From: Naegleria gruberi
Lineage: Eukaryota
Assembly (NCBI GenBank): GCA_000004985.1
Contig: GG738858.1
Reading direction: 5' to 3' (one strand)
DNA length: 64,000 nt
Each line of letters begins with the position of its first letter. Positions within the stretch are counted from its first letter, which is position 1. Of the stretch, positions 24,001-38,306 are shown piece after piece. The position numbers and the translations under genes are program-made. The notes beneath the pieces were generated by a model. That model was given only the letters and a program-made list of their open reading frames with translations. It was not told the DNA's origin and made no database searches.

Positions 24001-27000
24001 NNNNNNNNNNNNNNNNNNNNNNNNNNNNNNNNNNNNNNNNNNNNNNNNNNNNNNNNNNNNNNNNNNNNNNNNNNNNNNNNNNNNNNNNNNNNNNNNNNNN
24101 NNNNNNNNNNNNNNNNNNNNNNNNNNNNNNNNNNNNNNNNNNNNNNNNNNNNNNNNNNNNNNNNNNNNNNNNNNNNNNNNNNNNNNNNNNNNNNNNNNNN
24201 NNNNNNNNNNNNNNNNNNNNNNNNNNNNNNNNNNNNNNNNNNNNNNNNNNNNNNNNNNNNNNNNNNNNNNNNNNNNNNNNNNNNNNNNNNNNNNNNNNNN
24301 NNNNNNNNNNNNNNNNNNNNNNNNNNNNNNNNNNNNNNNNNNNNNNNNNNNNNNNNNNNNNNNNNNNNNNNNNNNNNNNNNNNNNNNNNNNNNNNNNNNN
24401 NNNNNNNNNNNNNNNNNNNNNNNNNNNNNNNNNNNNNNNNNNNNNNNNNNNNNNNNNNNNNNNNNNNNNNNNNNNNNNNNNNNNNNNNNNNNNNNNNNNN
24501 NNNNNNNNNNNNNNNNNNNNNNNNNNNNNNNNNNNNNNNNNNNNNNNNNNNNNNNNNNNNNNNNNNNNNNNNNNNNNNNNNNNNNNNNNNNNNNNNNNNN
24601 NNNNNNNNNNNNNNNNNNNNNNNNNNNNNNNNNNNNNNNNNNNNNNNNNNNNNNNNNNNNNNNNNNNNNNNNNNNNNNNNNNNNNNNNNNNNNNNNNNNN
24701 NNNNNNNNNNNNNNNNNNNNNNNNNNNNNNNNNNNNNNNNNNNNNNNNNNNNNNNNNNNNNNNNNNNNNNNNNNNNNNNNNNNNNNNNNNNNNNNNNNNN
24801 NNNNNNNNNNNNNNNNNNNNNNNNNNNNNNNNNNNNNNNNNNNNNNNNNNNNNNNNNNNNNNNNNNNNNNNNNNNNNNNNNNNNNNNNNNNNNNNNNNNN
24901 NNNNNNNNNNNNNNNNNNNNNNNNNNNNNNNNNNNNNNNNNNNNNNNNNNNNNNNNNNNNNNNNNNNNNNNNNNNNNNNNNNNNNNNNNNNNNNNNNNNN
25001 NNNNNNNNNNNNNNNNNNNNNNNNNNNNNNNNNNNNNNNNNNNNNNNNNNNNNNNNNNNNNNNNNNNNNNNNNNNNNNNNNNNNNNNNNNNNNNNNNNNN
25101 NNNNNNNNNNNNNNNNNNNNNNNNNNNNNNNNNNNNNNNNNNNNNNNNNNNNNNNNNNNNNNNNNNNNNNNNNNNNNNNNNNNNNNNNNNNNNNNNNNNN
25201 NNNNNNNNNNNNNNNNNNNNNNNNNNNNNNNNNNNNNNNNNNNNNNNNNNNNNNNNNNNNNNNNNNNNNNNNNNNNNNNNNNNNNNNNNNNNNNNNNNNN
25301 NNNNNNNNNNNNNNNNNNNNNNNNNNNNNNNNNNNNNNNNNNNNNNNNNNNNNNNNNNNNNNNNNNNNNNNNNNNNNNNNNNNNNNNNNNNNNNNNNNNN
25401 NNNNNNNNNNNNNNNNNNNNNNNNNNNNNNNNNNNNNNNNNNNNNNNNNNNNNNNNNNNNNNNNNNNNNNNNNNNNNNNNNNNNNNNNNNNNNNNNNNNN
25501 NNNNNNNNNNNNNNNNNNNNNNNNNNNNNNNNNNNNNNNNNNNNNNNNNNNNNNNNNNNNNNNNNNNNNNNNNNNNNNNNNNNNNNNNNNNNNNNNNNNN
25601 NNNNNNNNNNNNNNNNNNNNNNNNNNNNNNNNNNNNNNNNNNNNNNNNNNNNNNNNNNNNNNNNNNNNNNNNNNNNNNNNNNNNNNNNNNNNNNNNNNNN
25701 NNNNNNNNNNNNNNNNNNNNNNNNNNNNNNNNNNNNNNNNNNNNNNNNNNNNNNNNNNNNNNNNNNNNNNNNNNNNNNNNNNNNNNNNNNNNNNNNNNNN
25801 NNNNNNNNNNNNNNNNNNNNNNNNNNNNNNNNNNNNNNNNNNNNNNNNNNNNNNNNNNNNNNNNNNNNNNNNNNNNNNNNNNNNNNNNNNNNNNNNNNNN
25901 NNNNNNNNNNNNNNNNNNNNNNNNNNNNNNNNNNNNNNNNNNNNNNNNNNNNNNNNNNNNNNNNNNNNNNNNNNNNNNNNNNNNNNNNNNNNNNNNNNNN
26001 NNNNNNNNNNNNNNNNNNNNNNNNNNNNNNNNNNNNNNNNNNNNNNNNNNNNNNNNNNNNNNNNNNNNNNNNNNNNNNNNNNNNNNNNNNNNNNNNNNNN
26101 NNNNNNNNNNNNNNNNNNNNNNNNNNNNNNNNNNNNNNNNNNNNNNNNNNNNNNNNNNNNNNNNNNNNNNNNNNNNNNNNNNNNNNNNNNNNNNNNNNNN
26201 NNNNNNNNNNNNNNNNNNNNNNNNNNNNNNNNNNNNNNNNNNNNNNNNNNNNNNNNNNNNNNNNNNNNNNNNNNNNNNNNNNNNNNNNNNNNNNNNNNNN
26301 NNNNNNNNNNNNNNNNNNNNNNNNNNNNNNNNNNNNNNNNNNNNNNNNNNNNNNNNNNNNNNNNNNNNNNNNNNNNNNNNNNNNNNNNNNNNNNNNNNNN
26401 NNNNNNNNNNNNNNNNNNNNNNNNNNNNNNNNNNNNNNNNNNNNNNNNNNNNNNNNNNNNNNNNNNNNNNNNNNNNNNNNNNNNNNNNNNNNNNNNNNNN
26501 NNNNNNNNNNNNNNNNNNNNNNNNNNNNNNNNNNNNNNNNNNNNNNNNNNNNNNNNNNNNNNNNNNNNNNNNNNNNNNNNNNNNNNNNNNNNNNNNNNNN
26601 NNNNNNNNNNNNNNNNNNNNNNNNNNNNNNNNNNNNNNNNNNNNNNNNNNNNNNNNNNNNNNNNNNNNNNNNNNNNNNNNNNNNNNNNNNNNNNNNNNNN
26701 NNNNNNNNNNNNNNNNNNNNNNNNNNNNNNNNNNNNNNNNNNNNNNNNNNNNNNNNNNNNNNNNNNNNNNNNNNNNNNNNNNNNNNNNNNNNNNNNNNNN
26801 NNNNNNNNNNNNNNNNNNNNNNNNNNNNNNNNNNNNNNNNNNNNNNNNNNNNNNNNNNNNNNNNNNNNNNNNNNNNNNNNNNNNNNNNNNNNNNNNNNNN
26901 NNNNNNNNNNNNNNNNNNNNNNNNNNNNNNNNNNNNNNNNNNNNNNNNNNNNNNNNNNNNNNNNNNNNNNNNNNNNNNNNNNNNNNNNNNNNNNNNNNNN

Positions 27001-30000
27001 NNNNNNNNNNNNNNNNNNNNNNNNNNNNNNNNNNNNNNNNNNNNNNNNNNNNNNNNNNNNNNNNNNNNNNNNNNNNNNNNNNNNNNNNNNNNNNNNNNNN
27101 NNNNNNNNNNNNNNNNNNNNNNNNNNNNNNNNNNNNNNNNNNNNNNNNNNNNNNNNNNNNNNNNNNNNNNNNNNNNNNNNNNNNNNNNNNNNNNNNNNNN
27201 NNNNNNNNNNNNNNNNNNNNNNNNNNNNNNNNNNNNNNNNNNNNNNNNNNNNNNNNNNNNNNNNNNNNNNNNNNNNNNNNNNNNNNNNNNNNNNNNNNNN
27301 NNNNNNNNNNNNNNNNNNNNNNNNNNNNNNNNNNNNNNNNNNNNNNNNNNNNNNNNNNNNNNNNNNNNNNNNNNNNNNNNNNNNNNNNNNNNNNNNNNNN
27401 NNNNNNNNNNNNNNNNNNNNNNNNNNNNNNNNNNNNNNNNNNNNNNNNNNNNNNNNNNNNNNNNNNNNNNNNNNNNNNNNNNNNNNNNNNNNNNNNNNNN
27501 NNNNNNNNNNNNNNNNNNNNNNNNNNNNNNNNNNNNNNNNNNNNNNNNNNNNNNNNNNNNNNNNNNNNNNNNNNNNNNNNNNNNNNNNNNNNNNNNNNNN
27601 NNNNNNNNNNNNNNNNNNNNNNNNNNNNNNNNNNNNNNNNNNNNNNNNNNNNNNNNNNNNNNNNNNNNNNNNNNNNNNNNNNNNNNNNNNNNNNNNNNNN
27701 NNNNNNNNNNNNNNNNNNNNNNNNNNNNNNNNNNNNNNNNNNNNNNNNNNNNNNNNNNNNNNNNNNNNNNNNNNNNNNNNNNNNNNNNNNNNNNNNNNNN
27801 NNNNNNNNNNNNNNNNNNNNNNNNNNNNNNNNNNNNNNNNNNNNNNNNNNNNNNNNNNNNNNNNNNNNNNNNNNNNNNNNNNNNNNNNNNNNNNNNNNNN
27901 NNNNNNNNNNNNNNNNNNNNNNNNNNNNNNNNNNNNNNNNNNNNNNNNNNNNNNNNNNNNNNNNNNNNNNNNNNNNNNNNNNNNNNNNNNNNNNNNNNNN
28001 NNNNNNNNNNNNNNNNNNNNNNNNNNNNNNNNNNNNNNNNNNNNNNNNNNNNNNNNNNNNNNNNNNNNNNNNNNNNNNNNNNNNNNNNNNNNNNNNNNNN
28101 NNNNNNNNNNNNNNNNNNNNNNNNNNNNNNNNNNNNNNNNNNNNNNNNNNNNNNNNNNNNNNNNNNNNNNNNNNNNNNNNNNNNNNNNNNNNNNNNNNNN
28201 NNNNNNNNNNNNNNNNNNNNNNNNNNNNNNNNNNNNNNNNNNNNNNNNNNNNNNNNNNNNNNNNNNNNNNNNNNNNNNNNNNNNNNNNNNNNNNNNNNNN
28301 NNNNNNNNNNNNNNNNNNNNNNNNNNNNNNNNNNNNNNNNNNNNNNNNNNNNNNNNNNNNNNNNNNNNNNNNNNNNNNNNNNNNNNNNNNNNNNNNNNNN
28401 NNNNNNNNNNNNNNNNNNNNNNNNNNNNNNNNNNNNNNNNNNNNNNNNNNNNNNNNNNNNNNNNNNNNNNNNNNNNNNNNNNNNNNNNNNNNNNNNNNNN
28501 NNNNNNNNNNNNNNNNNNNNNNNNNNNNNNNNNNNNNNNNNNNNNNNNNNNNNNNNNNNNNNNNNNNNNNNNNNNNNNNNNNNNNNNNNNNNNNNNNNNN
28601 NNNNNNNNNNNNNNNNNNNNNNNNNNNNNNNNNNNNNNNNNNNNNNNNNNNNNNNNNNNNNNNNNNNNNNNNNNNNNNNNNNNNNNNNNNNNNNNNNNNN
28701 NNNNNNNNNNNNNNNNNNNNNNNNNNNNNNNNNNNNNNNNNNNNNNNNNNNNNNNNNNNNNNNNNNNNNNNNNNNNNNNNNNNNNNNNNNNNNNNNNNNN
28801 NNNNNNNNNNNNNNNNNNNNNNNNNNNNNNNNNNNNNNNNNNNNNNNNNNNNNNNNNNNNNNNNNNNNNNNNNNNNNNNNNNNNNNNNNNNNNNNNNNNN
28901 NNNNNNNNNNNNNNNNNNNNNNNNNNNNNNNNNNNNNNNNNNNNNNNNNNNNNNNNNNNNNNNNNNNNNNNNNNNNNNNNNNNNNNNNNNNNNNNNNNNN
29001 NNNNNNNNNNNNNNNNNNNNNNNNNNNNNNNNNNNNNNNNNNNNNNNNNNNNNNNNNNNNNNNNNNNNNNNNNNNNNNNNNNNNNNNNNNNNNNNNNNNN
29101 NNNNNNNNNNNNNNNNNNNNNNNNNNNNNNNNNNNNNNNNNNNNNNNNNNNNNNNNNNNNNNNNNNNNNNNNNNNNNNNNNNNNNNNNNNNNNNNNNNNN
29201 NNNNNNNNNNNNNNNNNNNNNNNNNNNNNNNNNNNNNNNNNNNNNNNNNNNNNNNNNNNNNNNNNNNNNNNNNNNNNNNNNNNNNNNNNNNNNNNNNNNN
29301 NNNNNNNNNNNNNNNNNNNNNNNNNNNNNNNNNNNNNNNNNNNNNNNNNNNNNNNNNNNNNNNNNNNNNNNNNNNNNNNNNNNNNNNNNNNNNNNNNNNN
29401 NNNNNNNNNNNNNNNNNNNNNNNNNNNNNNNNNNNNNNNNNNNNNNNNNNNNNNNNNNNNNNNNNNNNNNNNNNNNNNNNNNNNNNNNNNNNNNNNNNNN
29501 NNNNNNNNNNNNNNNNNNNNNNNNNNNNNNNNNNNNNNNNNNNNNNNNNNNNNNNNNNNNNNNNNNNNNNNNNNNNNNNNNNNNNNNNNNNNNNNNNNNN
29601 NNNNNNNNNNNNNNNNNNNNNNNNNNNNNNNNNNNNNNNNNNNNNNNNNNNNNNNNNNNNNNNNNNNNNNNNNNNNNNNNNNNNNNNNNNNNNNNNNNNN
29701 NNNNNNNNNNNNNNNNNNNNNNNNNNNNNNNNNNNNNNNNNNNNNNNNNNNNNNNNNNNNNNNNNNNNNNNNNNNNNNNNNNNNNNNNNNNNNNNNNNNN
29801 NNNNNNNNNNNNNNNNNNNNNNNNNNNNNNNNNNNNNNNNNNNNNNNNNNNNNNNNNNNNNNNNNNNNNNNNNNNNNNNNNNNNNNNNNNNNNNNNNNNN
29901 NNNNNNNNNNNNNNNNNNNNNNNNNNNNNNNNNNNNNNNNNNNNNNNNNNNNNNNNNNNNNNNNNNNNNNNNNNNNNNNNNNNNNNNNNNNNNNNNNNNN

Positions 30001-33000
30001 NNNNNNNNNNNNNNNNNNNNNNNNNNNNNNNNNNNNNNNNNNNNNNNNNNNNNNNNNNNNNNNNNNNNNNNNNNNNNNNNNNNNNNNNNNNNNNNNNNNN
30101 NNNNNNNNNNNNNNNNNNNNNNNNNNNNNNNNNNNNNNNNNNNNNNNNNNNNNNNNNNNNNNNNNNNNNNNNNNNNNNNNNNNNNNNNNNNNNNNNNNNN
30201 NNNNNNNNNNNNNNNNNNNNNNNNNNNNNNNNNNNNNNNNNNNNNNNNNNNNNNNNNNNNNNNNNNNNNNNNNNNNNNNNNNNNNNNNNNNNNNNNNNNN
30301 NNNNNNNNNNNNNNNNNNNNNNNNNNNNNNNNNNNNNNNNNNNNNNNNNNNNNNNNNNNNNNNNNNNNNNNNNNNNNNNNNNNNNNNNNNNNNNNNNNNN
30401 NNNNNNNNNNNNNNNNNNNNNNNNNNNNNNNNNNNNNNNNNNNNNNNNNNNNNNNNNNNNNNNNNNNNNNNNNNNNNNNNNNNNNNNNNNNNNNNNNNNN
30501 NNNNNNNNNNNNNNNNNNNNNNNNNNNNNNNNNNNNNNNNNNNNNNNNNNNNNNNNNNNNNNNNNNNNNNNNNNNNNNNNNNNNNNNNNNNNNNNNNNNN
30601 NNNNNNNNNNNNNNNNNNNNNNNNNNNNNNNNNNNNNNNNNNNNNNNNNNNNNNNNNNNNNNNNNNNNNNNNNNNNNNNNNNNNNNNNNNNNNNNNNNNN
30701 NNNNNNNNNNNNNNNNNNNNNNNNNNNNNNNNNNNNNNNNNNNNNNNNNNNNNNNNNNNNNNNNNNNNNNNNNNNNNNNNNNNNNNNNNNNNNNNNNNNN
30801 NNNNNNNNNNNNNNNNNNNNNNNNNNNNNNNNNNNNNNNNNNNNNNNNNNNNNNNNNNNNNNNNNNNNNNNNNNNNNNNNNNNNNNNNNNNNNNNNNNNN
30901 NNNNNNNNNNNNNNNNNNNNNNNNNNNNNNNNNNNNNNNNNNNNNNNNNNNNNNNNNNNNNNNNNNNNNNNNNNNNNNNNNNNNNNNNNNNNNNNNNNNN
31001 NNNNNNNNNNNNNNNNNNNNNNNNNNNNNNNNNNNNNNNNNNNNNNNNNNNNNNNNNNNNNNNNNNNNNNNNNNNNNNNNNNNNNNNNNNNNNNNNNNNN
31101 NNNNNNNNNNNNNNNNNNNNNNNNNNNNNNNNNNNNNNNNNNNNNNNNNNNNNNNNNNNNNNNNNNNNNNNNNNNNNNNNNNNNNNNNNNNNNNNNNNNN
31201 NNNNNNNNNNNNNNNNNNNNNNNNNNNNNNNNNNNNNNNNNNNNNNNNNNNNNNNNNNNNNNNNNNNNNNNNNNNNNNNNNNNNNNNNNNNNNNNNNNNN
31301 NNNNNNNNNNNNNNNNNNNNNNNNNNNNNNNNNNNNNNNNNNNNNNNNNNNNNNNNNNNNNNNNNNNNNNNNNNNNNNNNNNNNNNNNNNNNNNNNNNNN
31401 NNNNNNNNNNNNNNNNNNNNNNNNNNNNNNNNNNNNNNNNNNNNNNNNNNNNNNNNNNNNNNNNNNNNNNNNNNNNNNNNNNNNNNNNNNNNNNNNNNNN
31501 NNNNNNNNNNNNNNNNNNNNNNNNNNNNNNNNNNNNNNNNNNNNNNNNNNNNNNNNNNNNNNNNNNNNNNNNNNNNNNNNNNNNNNNNNNNNNNNNNNNN
31601 NNNNNNNNNNNNNNNNNNNNNNNNNNNNNNNNNNNNNNNNNNNNNNNNNNNNNNNNNNNNNNNNNNNNNNNNNNNNNNNNNNNNNNNNNNNNNNNNNNNN
31701 NNNNNNNNNNNNNNNNNNNNNNNNNNNNNNNNNNNNNNNNNNNNNNNNNNNNNNNNNNNNNNNNNNNNNNNNNNNNNNNNNNNNNNNNNNNNNNNNNNNN
31801 NNNNNNNNNNNNNNNNNNNNNNNNNNNNNNNNNNNNNNNNNNNNNNNNNNNNNNNNNNNNNNNNNNNNNNNNNNNNNNNNNNNNNNNNNNNNNNNNNNNN
31901 NNNNNNNNNNNNNNNNNNNNNNNNNNNNNNNNNNNNNNNNNNNNNNNNNNNNNNNNNNNNNNNNNNNNNNNNNNNNNNNNNNNNNNNNNNNNNNNNNNNN
32001 NNNNNNNNNNNNNNNNNNNNNNNNNNNNNNNNNNNNNNNNNNNNNNNNNNNNNNNNNNNNNNNNNNNNNNNNNNNNNNNNNNNNNNNNNNNNNNNNNNNN
32101 NNNNNNNNNNNNNNNNNNNNNNNNNNNNNNNNNNNNNNNNNNNNNNNNNNNNNNNNNNNNNNNNNNNNNNNNNNNNNNNNNNNNNNNNNNNNNNNNNNNN
32201 NNNNNNNNNNNNNNNNNNNNNNNNNNNNNNNNNNNNNNNNNNNNNNNNNNNNNNNNNNNNNNNNNNNNNNNNNNNNNNNNNNNNNNNNNNNNNNNNNNNN
32301 NNNNNNNNNNNNNNNNNNNNNNNNNNNNNNNNNNNNNNNNNNNNNNNNNNNNNNNNNNNNNNNNNNNNNNNNNNNNNNNNNNNNNNNNNNNNNNNNNNNN
32401 NNNNNNNNNNNNNNNNNNNNNNNNNNNNNNNNNNNNNNNNNNNNNNNNNNNNNNNNNNNNNNNNNNNNNNNNNNNNNNNNNNNNNNNNNNNNNNNNNNNN
32501 NNNNNNNNNNNNNNNNNNNNNNNNNNNNNNNNNNNNNNNNNNNNNNNNNNNNNNNNNNNNNNNNNNNNNNNNNNNNNNNNNNNNNNNNNNNNNNNNNNNN
32601 NNNNNNNNNNNNNNNNNNNNNNNNNNNNNNNNNNNNNNNNNNNNNNNNNNNNNNNNNNNNNNNNNNNNNNNNNNNNNNNNNNNNNNNNNNNNNNNNNNNN
32701 NNNNNNNNNNNNNNNNNNNNNNNNNNNNNNNNNNNNNNNNNNNNNNNNNNNNNNNNNNNNNNNNNNNNNNNNNNNNNNNNNNNNNNNNNNNNNNNNNNNN
32801 NNNNNNNNNNNNNNNNNNNNNNNNNNNNNNNNNNNNNNNNNNNNNNNNNNNNNNNNNNNNNNNNNNNNNNNNNNNNNNNNNNNNNNNNNNNNNNNNNNNN
32901 NNNNNNNNNNNNNNNNNNNNNNNNNNNNNNNNNNNNNNNNNNNNNNNNNNNNNNNNNNNNNNNNNNNNNNNNNNNNNNNNNNNNNNNNNNNNNNNNNNNN

Positions 33001-36000
33001 NNNNNNNNNNNNNNNNNNNNNNNNNNNNNNNNNNNNNNNNNNNNNNNNNNNNNNNNNNNNNNNNNNNNNNNNNNNNNNNNNNNNNNNNNNNNNNNNNNNN
33101 NNNNNNNNNNNNNNNNNNNNNNNNNNNNNNNNNNNNNNNNNNNNNNNNNNNNNNNNNNNNNNNNNNNNNNNNNNNNNNNNNNNNNNNNNNNNNNNNNNNN
33201 NNNNNNNNNNNNNNNNNNNNNNNNNNNNNNNNNNNNNNNNNNNNNNNNNNNNNNNNNNNNNNNNNNNNNNNNNNNNNNNNNNNNNNNNNNNNNNNNNNNN
33301 NNNNNNNNNNNNNNNNNNNNNNNNNNNNNNNNNNNNNNNNNNNNNNNNNNNNNNNNNNNNNNNNNNNNNNNNNNNNNNNNNNNNNNNNNNNNNNNNNNNN
33401 NNNNNNNNNNNNNNNNNNNNNNNNNNNNNNNNNNNNNNNNNNNNNNNNNNNNNNNNNNNNNNNNNNNNNNNNNNNNNNNNNNNNNNNNNNNNNNNNNNNN
33501 NNNNNNNNNNNNNNNNNNNNNNNNNNNNNNNNNNNNNNNNNNNNNNNNNNNNNNNNNNNNNNNNNNNNNNNNNNNNNNNNNNNNNNNNNNNNNNNNNNNN
33601 NNNNNNNNNNNNNNNNNNNNNNNNNNNNNNNNNNNNNNNNNNNNNNNNNNNNNNNNNNNNNNNNNNNNNNNNNNNNNNNNNNNNNNNNNNNNNNNNNNNN
33701 NNNNNNNNNNNNNNNNNNNNNNNNNNNNNNNNNNNNNNNNNNNNNNNNNNNNNNNNNNNNNNNNNNNNNNNNNNNNNNNNNNNNNNNNNNNNNNNNNNNN
33801 NNNNNNNNNNNNNNNNNNNNNNNNNNNNNNNNNNNNNNNNNNNNNNNNNNNNNNNNNNNNNNNNNNNNNNNNNNNNNNNNNNNNNNNNNNNNNNNNNNNN
33901 NNNNNNNNNNNNNNNNNNNNNNNNNNNNNNNNNNNNNNNNNNNNNNNNNNNNNNNNNNNNNNNNNNNNNNNNNNNNNNNNNNNNNNNNNNNNNNNNNNNN
34001 NNNNNNNNNNNNNNNNNNNNNNNNNNNNNNNNNNNNNNNNNNNNNNNNNNNNNNNNNNNNNNNNNNNNNNNNNNNNNNNNNNNNNNNNNNNNNNNNNNNN
34101 NNNNNNNNNNNNNNNNNNNNNNNNNNNNNNNNNNNNNNNNNNNNNNNNNNNNNNNNNNNNNNNNNNNNNNNNNNNNNNNNNNNNNNNNNNNNNNNNNNNN
34201 NNNNNNNNNNNNNNNNNNNNNNNNNNNNNNNNNNNNNNNNNNNNNNNNNNNNNNNNNNNNNNNNNNNNNNNNNNNNNNNNNNNNNNNNNNNNNNNNNNNN
34301 NNNNNNNNNNNNNNNNNNNNNNNNNNNNNNNNNNNNNNNNNNNNNNNNNNNNNNNNNNNNNNNNNNNNNNNNNNNNNNNNNNNNNNNNNNNNNNNNNNNN
34401 NNNNNNNNNNNNNNNNNNNNNNNNNNNNNNNNNNNNNNNNNNNNNNNNNNNNNNNNNNNNNNNNNNNNNNNNNNNNNNNNNNNNNNNNNNNNNNNNNNNN
34501 NNNNNNNNNNNNNNNNNNNNNNNNNNNNNNNNNNNNNNNNNNNNNNNNNNNNNNNNNNNNNNNNNNNNNNNNNNNNNNNNNNNNNNNNNNNNNNNNNNNN
34601 NNNNNNNNNNNNNNNNNNNNNNNNNNNNNNNNNNNNNNNNNNNNNNNNNNNNNNNNNNNNNNNNNNNNNNNNNNNNNNNNNNNNNNNNNNNNNNNNNNNN
34701 NNNNNNNNNNNNNNNNNNNNNNNNNNNNNNNNNNNNNNNNNNNNNNNNNNNNNNNNNNNNNNNNNNNNNNNNNNNNNNNNNNNNNNNNNNNNNNNNNNNN
34801 NNNNNNNNNNNNNNNNNNNNNNNNNNNNNNNNNNNNNNNNNNNNNNNNNNNNNNNNNNNNNNNNNNNNNNNNNNNNNNNNNNNNNNNNNNNNNNNNNNNN
34901 NNNNNNNNNNNNNNNNNNNNNNNNNNNNNNNNNNNNNNNNNNNNNNNNNNNNNNNNNNNNNNNNNNNNNNNNNNNNNNNNNNNNNNNNNNNNNNNNNNNN
35001 NNNNNNNNNNNNNNNNNNNNNNNNNNNNNNNNNNNNNNNNNNNNNNNNNNNNNNNNNNNNNNNNNNNNNNNNNNNNNNNNNNNNNNNNNNNNNNNNNNNN
35101 NNNNNNNNNNNNNNNNNNNNNNNNNNNNNNNNNNNNNNNNNNNNNNNNNNNNNNNNNNNNNNNNNNNNNNNNNNNNNNNNNNNNNNNNNNNNNNNNNNNN
35201 NNNNNNNNNNNNNNNNNNNNNNNNNNNNNNNNNNNNNNNNNNNNNNNNNNNNNNNNNNNNNNNNNNNNNNNNNNNNNNNNNNNNNNNNNNNNNNNNNNNN
35301 NNNNNNNNNNNNNNNNNNNNNNNNNNNNNNNNNNNNNNNNNNNNNNNNNNNNNNNNNNNNNNNNNNNNNNNNNNNNNNNNNNNNNNNNNNNNNNNNNNNN
35401 NNNNNNNNNNNNNNNNNNNNNNNNNNNNNNNNNNNNNNNNNNNNNNNNNNNNNNNNNNNNNNNNNNNNNNNNNNNNNNNNNNNNNNNNNNNNNNNNNNNN
35501 NNNNNNNNNNNNNNNNNNNNNNNNNNNNNNNNNNNNNNNNNNNNNNNNNNNNNNNNNNNNNNNNNNNNNNNNNNNNNNNNNNNNNNNNNNNNNNNNNNNN
35601 NNNNNNNNNNNNNNNNNNNNNNNNNNNNNNNNNNNNNNNNNNNNNNNNNNNNNNNNNNNNNNNNNNNNNNNNNNNNNNNNNNNNNNNNNNNNNNNNNNNN
35701 NNNNNNNNNNNNNNNNNNNNNNNNNNNNNNNNNNNNNNNNNNNNNNNNNNNNNNNNNNNNNNNNNNNNNNNNNNNNNNNNNNNNNNNNNNNNNNNNNNNN
35801 NNNNNNNNNNNNNNNNNNNNNNNNNNNNNNNNNNNNNNNNNNNNNNNNNNNNNNNNNNNNNNNNNNNNNNNNNNNNNNNNNNNNNNNNNNNNNNNNNNNN
35901 NNNNNNNNNNNNNNNNNNNNNNNNNNNNNNNNNNNNNNNNNNNNNNNNNNNNNNNNNNNNNNNNNNNNNNNNNNNNNNNNNNNNNNNNNNNNNNNNNNNN

Positions 36001-38306
36001 NNNNNNNNNNNNNNNNNNNNNNNNNNNNNNNNNNNNNNNNNNNNNNNNNNNNNNNNNNNNNNNNNNNNNNNNNNNNNNNNNNNNNNNNNNNNNNNNNNNN
36101 NNNNNNNNNNNNNNNNNNNNNNNNNNNNNNNNNNNNNNNNNNNNNNNNNNNNNNNNNNNNNNNNNNNNNNNNNNNNNNNNNNNNNNNNNNNNNNNNNNNN
36201 NNNNNNNNNNNNNNNNNNNNNNNNNNNNNNNNNNNNNNNNNNNNNNNNNNNNNNNNNNNNNNNNNNNNNNNNNNNNNNNNNNNNNNNNNNNNNNNNNNNN
36301 NNNNNNNNNNNNNNNNNNNNNNNNNNNNNNNNNNNNNNNNNNNNNNNNNNNNNNNNNNNNNNNNNNNNNNNNNNNNNNNNNNNNNNNNNNNNNNNNNNNN
36401 NNNNNNNNNNNNNNNNNNNNNNNNNNNNNNNNNNNNNNNNNNNNNNNNNNNNNNNNNNNNNNNNNNNNNNNNNNNNNNNNNNNNNNNNNNNNNNNNNNNN
36501 NNNNNNNNNNNNNNNNNNNNNNNNNNNNNNNNNNNNNNNNNNNNNNNNNNNNNNNNNNNNNNNNNNNNNNNNNNNNNNNNNNNNNNNNNNNNNNNNNNNN
36601 NNNNNNNNNNNNNNNNNNNNNNNNNNNNNNNNNNNNNNNNNNNNNNNNNNNNNNNNNNNNNNNNNNNNNNNNNNNNNNNNNNNNNNNNNNNNNNNNNNNN
36701 NNNNNNNNNNNNNNNNNNNNNNNNNNNNNNNNNNNNNNNNNNNNNNNNNNNNNNNNNNNNNNNNNNNNNNNNNNNNNNNNNNNNNNNNNNNNNNNNNNNN
36801 NNNNNNNNNNNNNNNNNNNNNNNNNNNNNNNNNNNNNNNNNNNNNNNNNNNNNNNNNNNNNNNNNNNNNNNNNNNNNNNNNNNNNNNNNNNNNNNNNNNN
36901 NNNNNNNNNNNNNNNNNNNNNNNNNNNNNNNNNNNNNNNNNNNNNNNNNNNNNNNNNNNNNNNNNNNNNNNNNNNNNNNNNNNNNNNNNNNNNNNNNNNN
37001 NNNNNNNNNNNNNNNNNNNNNNNNNNNNNNNNNNNNNNNNNNNNNNNNNNNNNNNNNNNNNNNNNNNNNNNNNNNNNNNNNNNNNNNNNNNNNNNNNNNN
37101 NNNNNNNNNNNNNNNNNNNNNNNNNNNNNNNNNNNNNNNNNNNNNNNNNNNNNNNNNNNNNNNNNNNNNNNNNNNNNNNNNNNNNNNNNNNNNNNNNNNN
37201 NNNNNNNNNNNNNNNNNNNNNNNNNNNNNNNNNNNNNNNNNNNNNNNNNNNNNNNNNNNNNNNNNNNNNNNNNNNNNNNNNNNNNNNNNNNNNNNNNNNN
37301 NNNNNNNNNNNNNNNNNNNNNNNNNNNNNNNNNNNNNNNNNNNNNNNNNNNNNNNNNNNNNNNNNNNNNNNNNNNNNNNNNNNNNNNNNNNNNNNNNNNN
37401 NNNNNNNNNNNNNNNNNNNNNNNNNNNNNNNNNNNNNNNNNNNNNNNNNNNNNNNNNNNNNNNNNNNNNNNNNNNNNNNNNNNNNNNNNNNNNNNNNNNN
37501 NNNNNNNNNNNNNNNNNNNNNNNNNNNNNNNNNNNNNNNNNNNNNNNNNNNNNNNNNNNNNNNNNNNNNNNNNNNNNNNNNNNNNNNNNNNNNNNNNNNN
37601 NNNNNNNNNNNNNNNNNNNNNNNNNNNNNNNNNNNNNNNNNNNNNNNNNNNNNNNNNNNNNNNNNNNNNNNNNNNNNNNNNNNNNNNNNNNNNNNNNNNN
37701 NNNNNNNNNNNNNNNNNNNNNNNNNNNNNNNNNNNNNNNNNNNNNNNNNNNNNNNNNNNNNNNNNNNNNNNNNNNNNNNNNNNNNNNNNNNNNNNNNNNN
37801 NNNNNNNNNNNNNNNNNNNNNNNNNNNNNNNNNNNNNNNNNNNNNNNNNNNNNNNNNNNNNNNNNNNNNNNNNNNNNNNNNNNNNNNNNNNNNNNNNNNN
37901 NNNNNNNNNNNNNNNNNNNNNNNNNNNNNNNNNNNNNNNNNNNNNNNNNNNNNNNNNNNNNNNNNNNNNNNNNNNNNNNNNNNNNNNNNNNNNNNNNNNN
38001 NNNNNNNNNNNNNNNNNNNNNNNNNNNNNNNNNNNNNNNNNNNNNNNNNNNNNNNNNNNNNNNNNNNNNNNNNNNNNNNNNNNNNNNNNNNNNNNNNNNN
38101 NNNNNNNNNNNNNNNNNNNNNNNNNNNNNNNNNNNNNNNNNNNNNNNNNNNNNNNNNNNNNNNNNNNNNNNNNNNNNNNNNNNNNNNNNNNNNNNNNNNN
38201 NNNNNNNNNNNNNNNNNNNNNNNNNNNNNNNNNNNNNNNNNNNNNNNNNNNNNNNNNNNNNNNNNNNNNNNNNNNNNNNNNNNNNNNNNNNNNNNNNNNN
38301 NNNNNN
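1..38306. other. Assembly/scaffold gap: continuous run of N (38306 nt)
   Basis: All positions are n; the first real base is 38307. Confidence 0.99.
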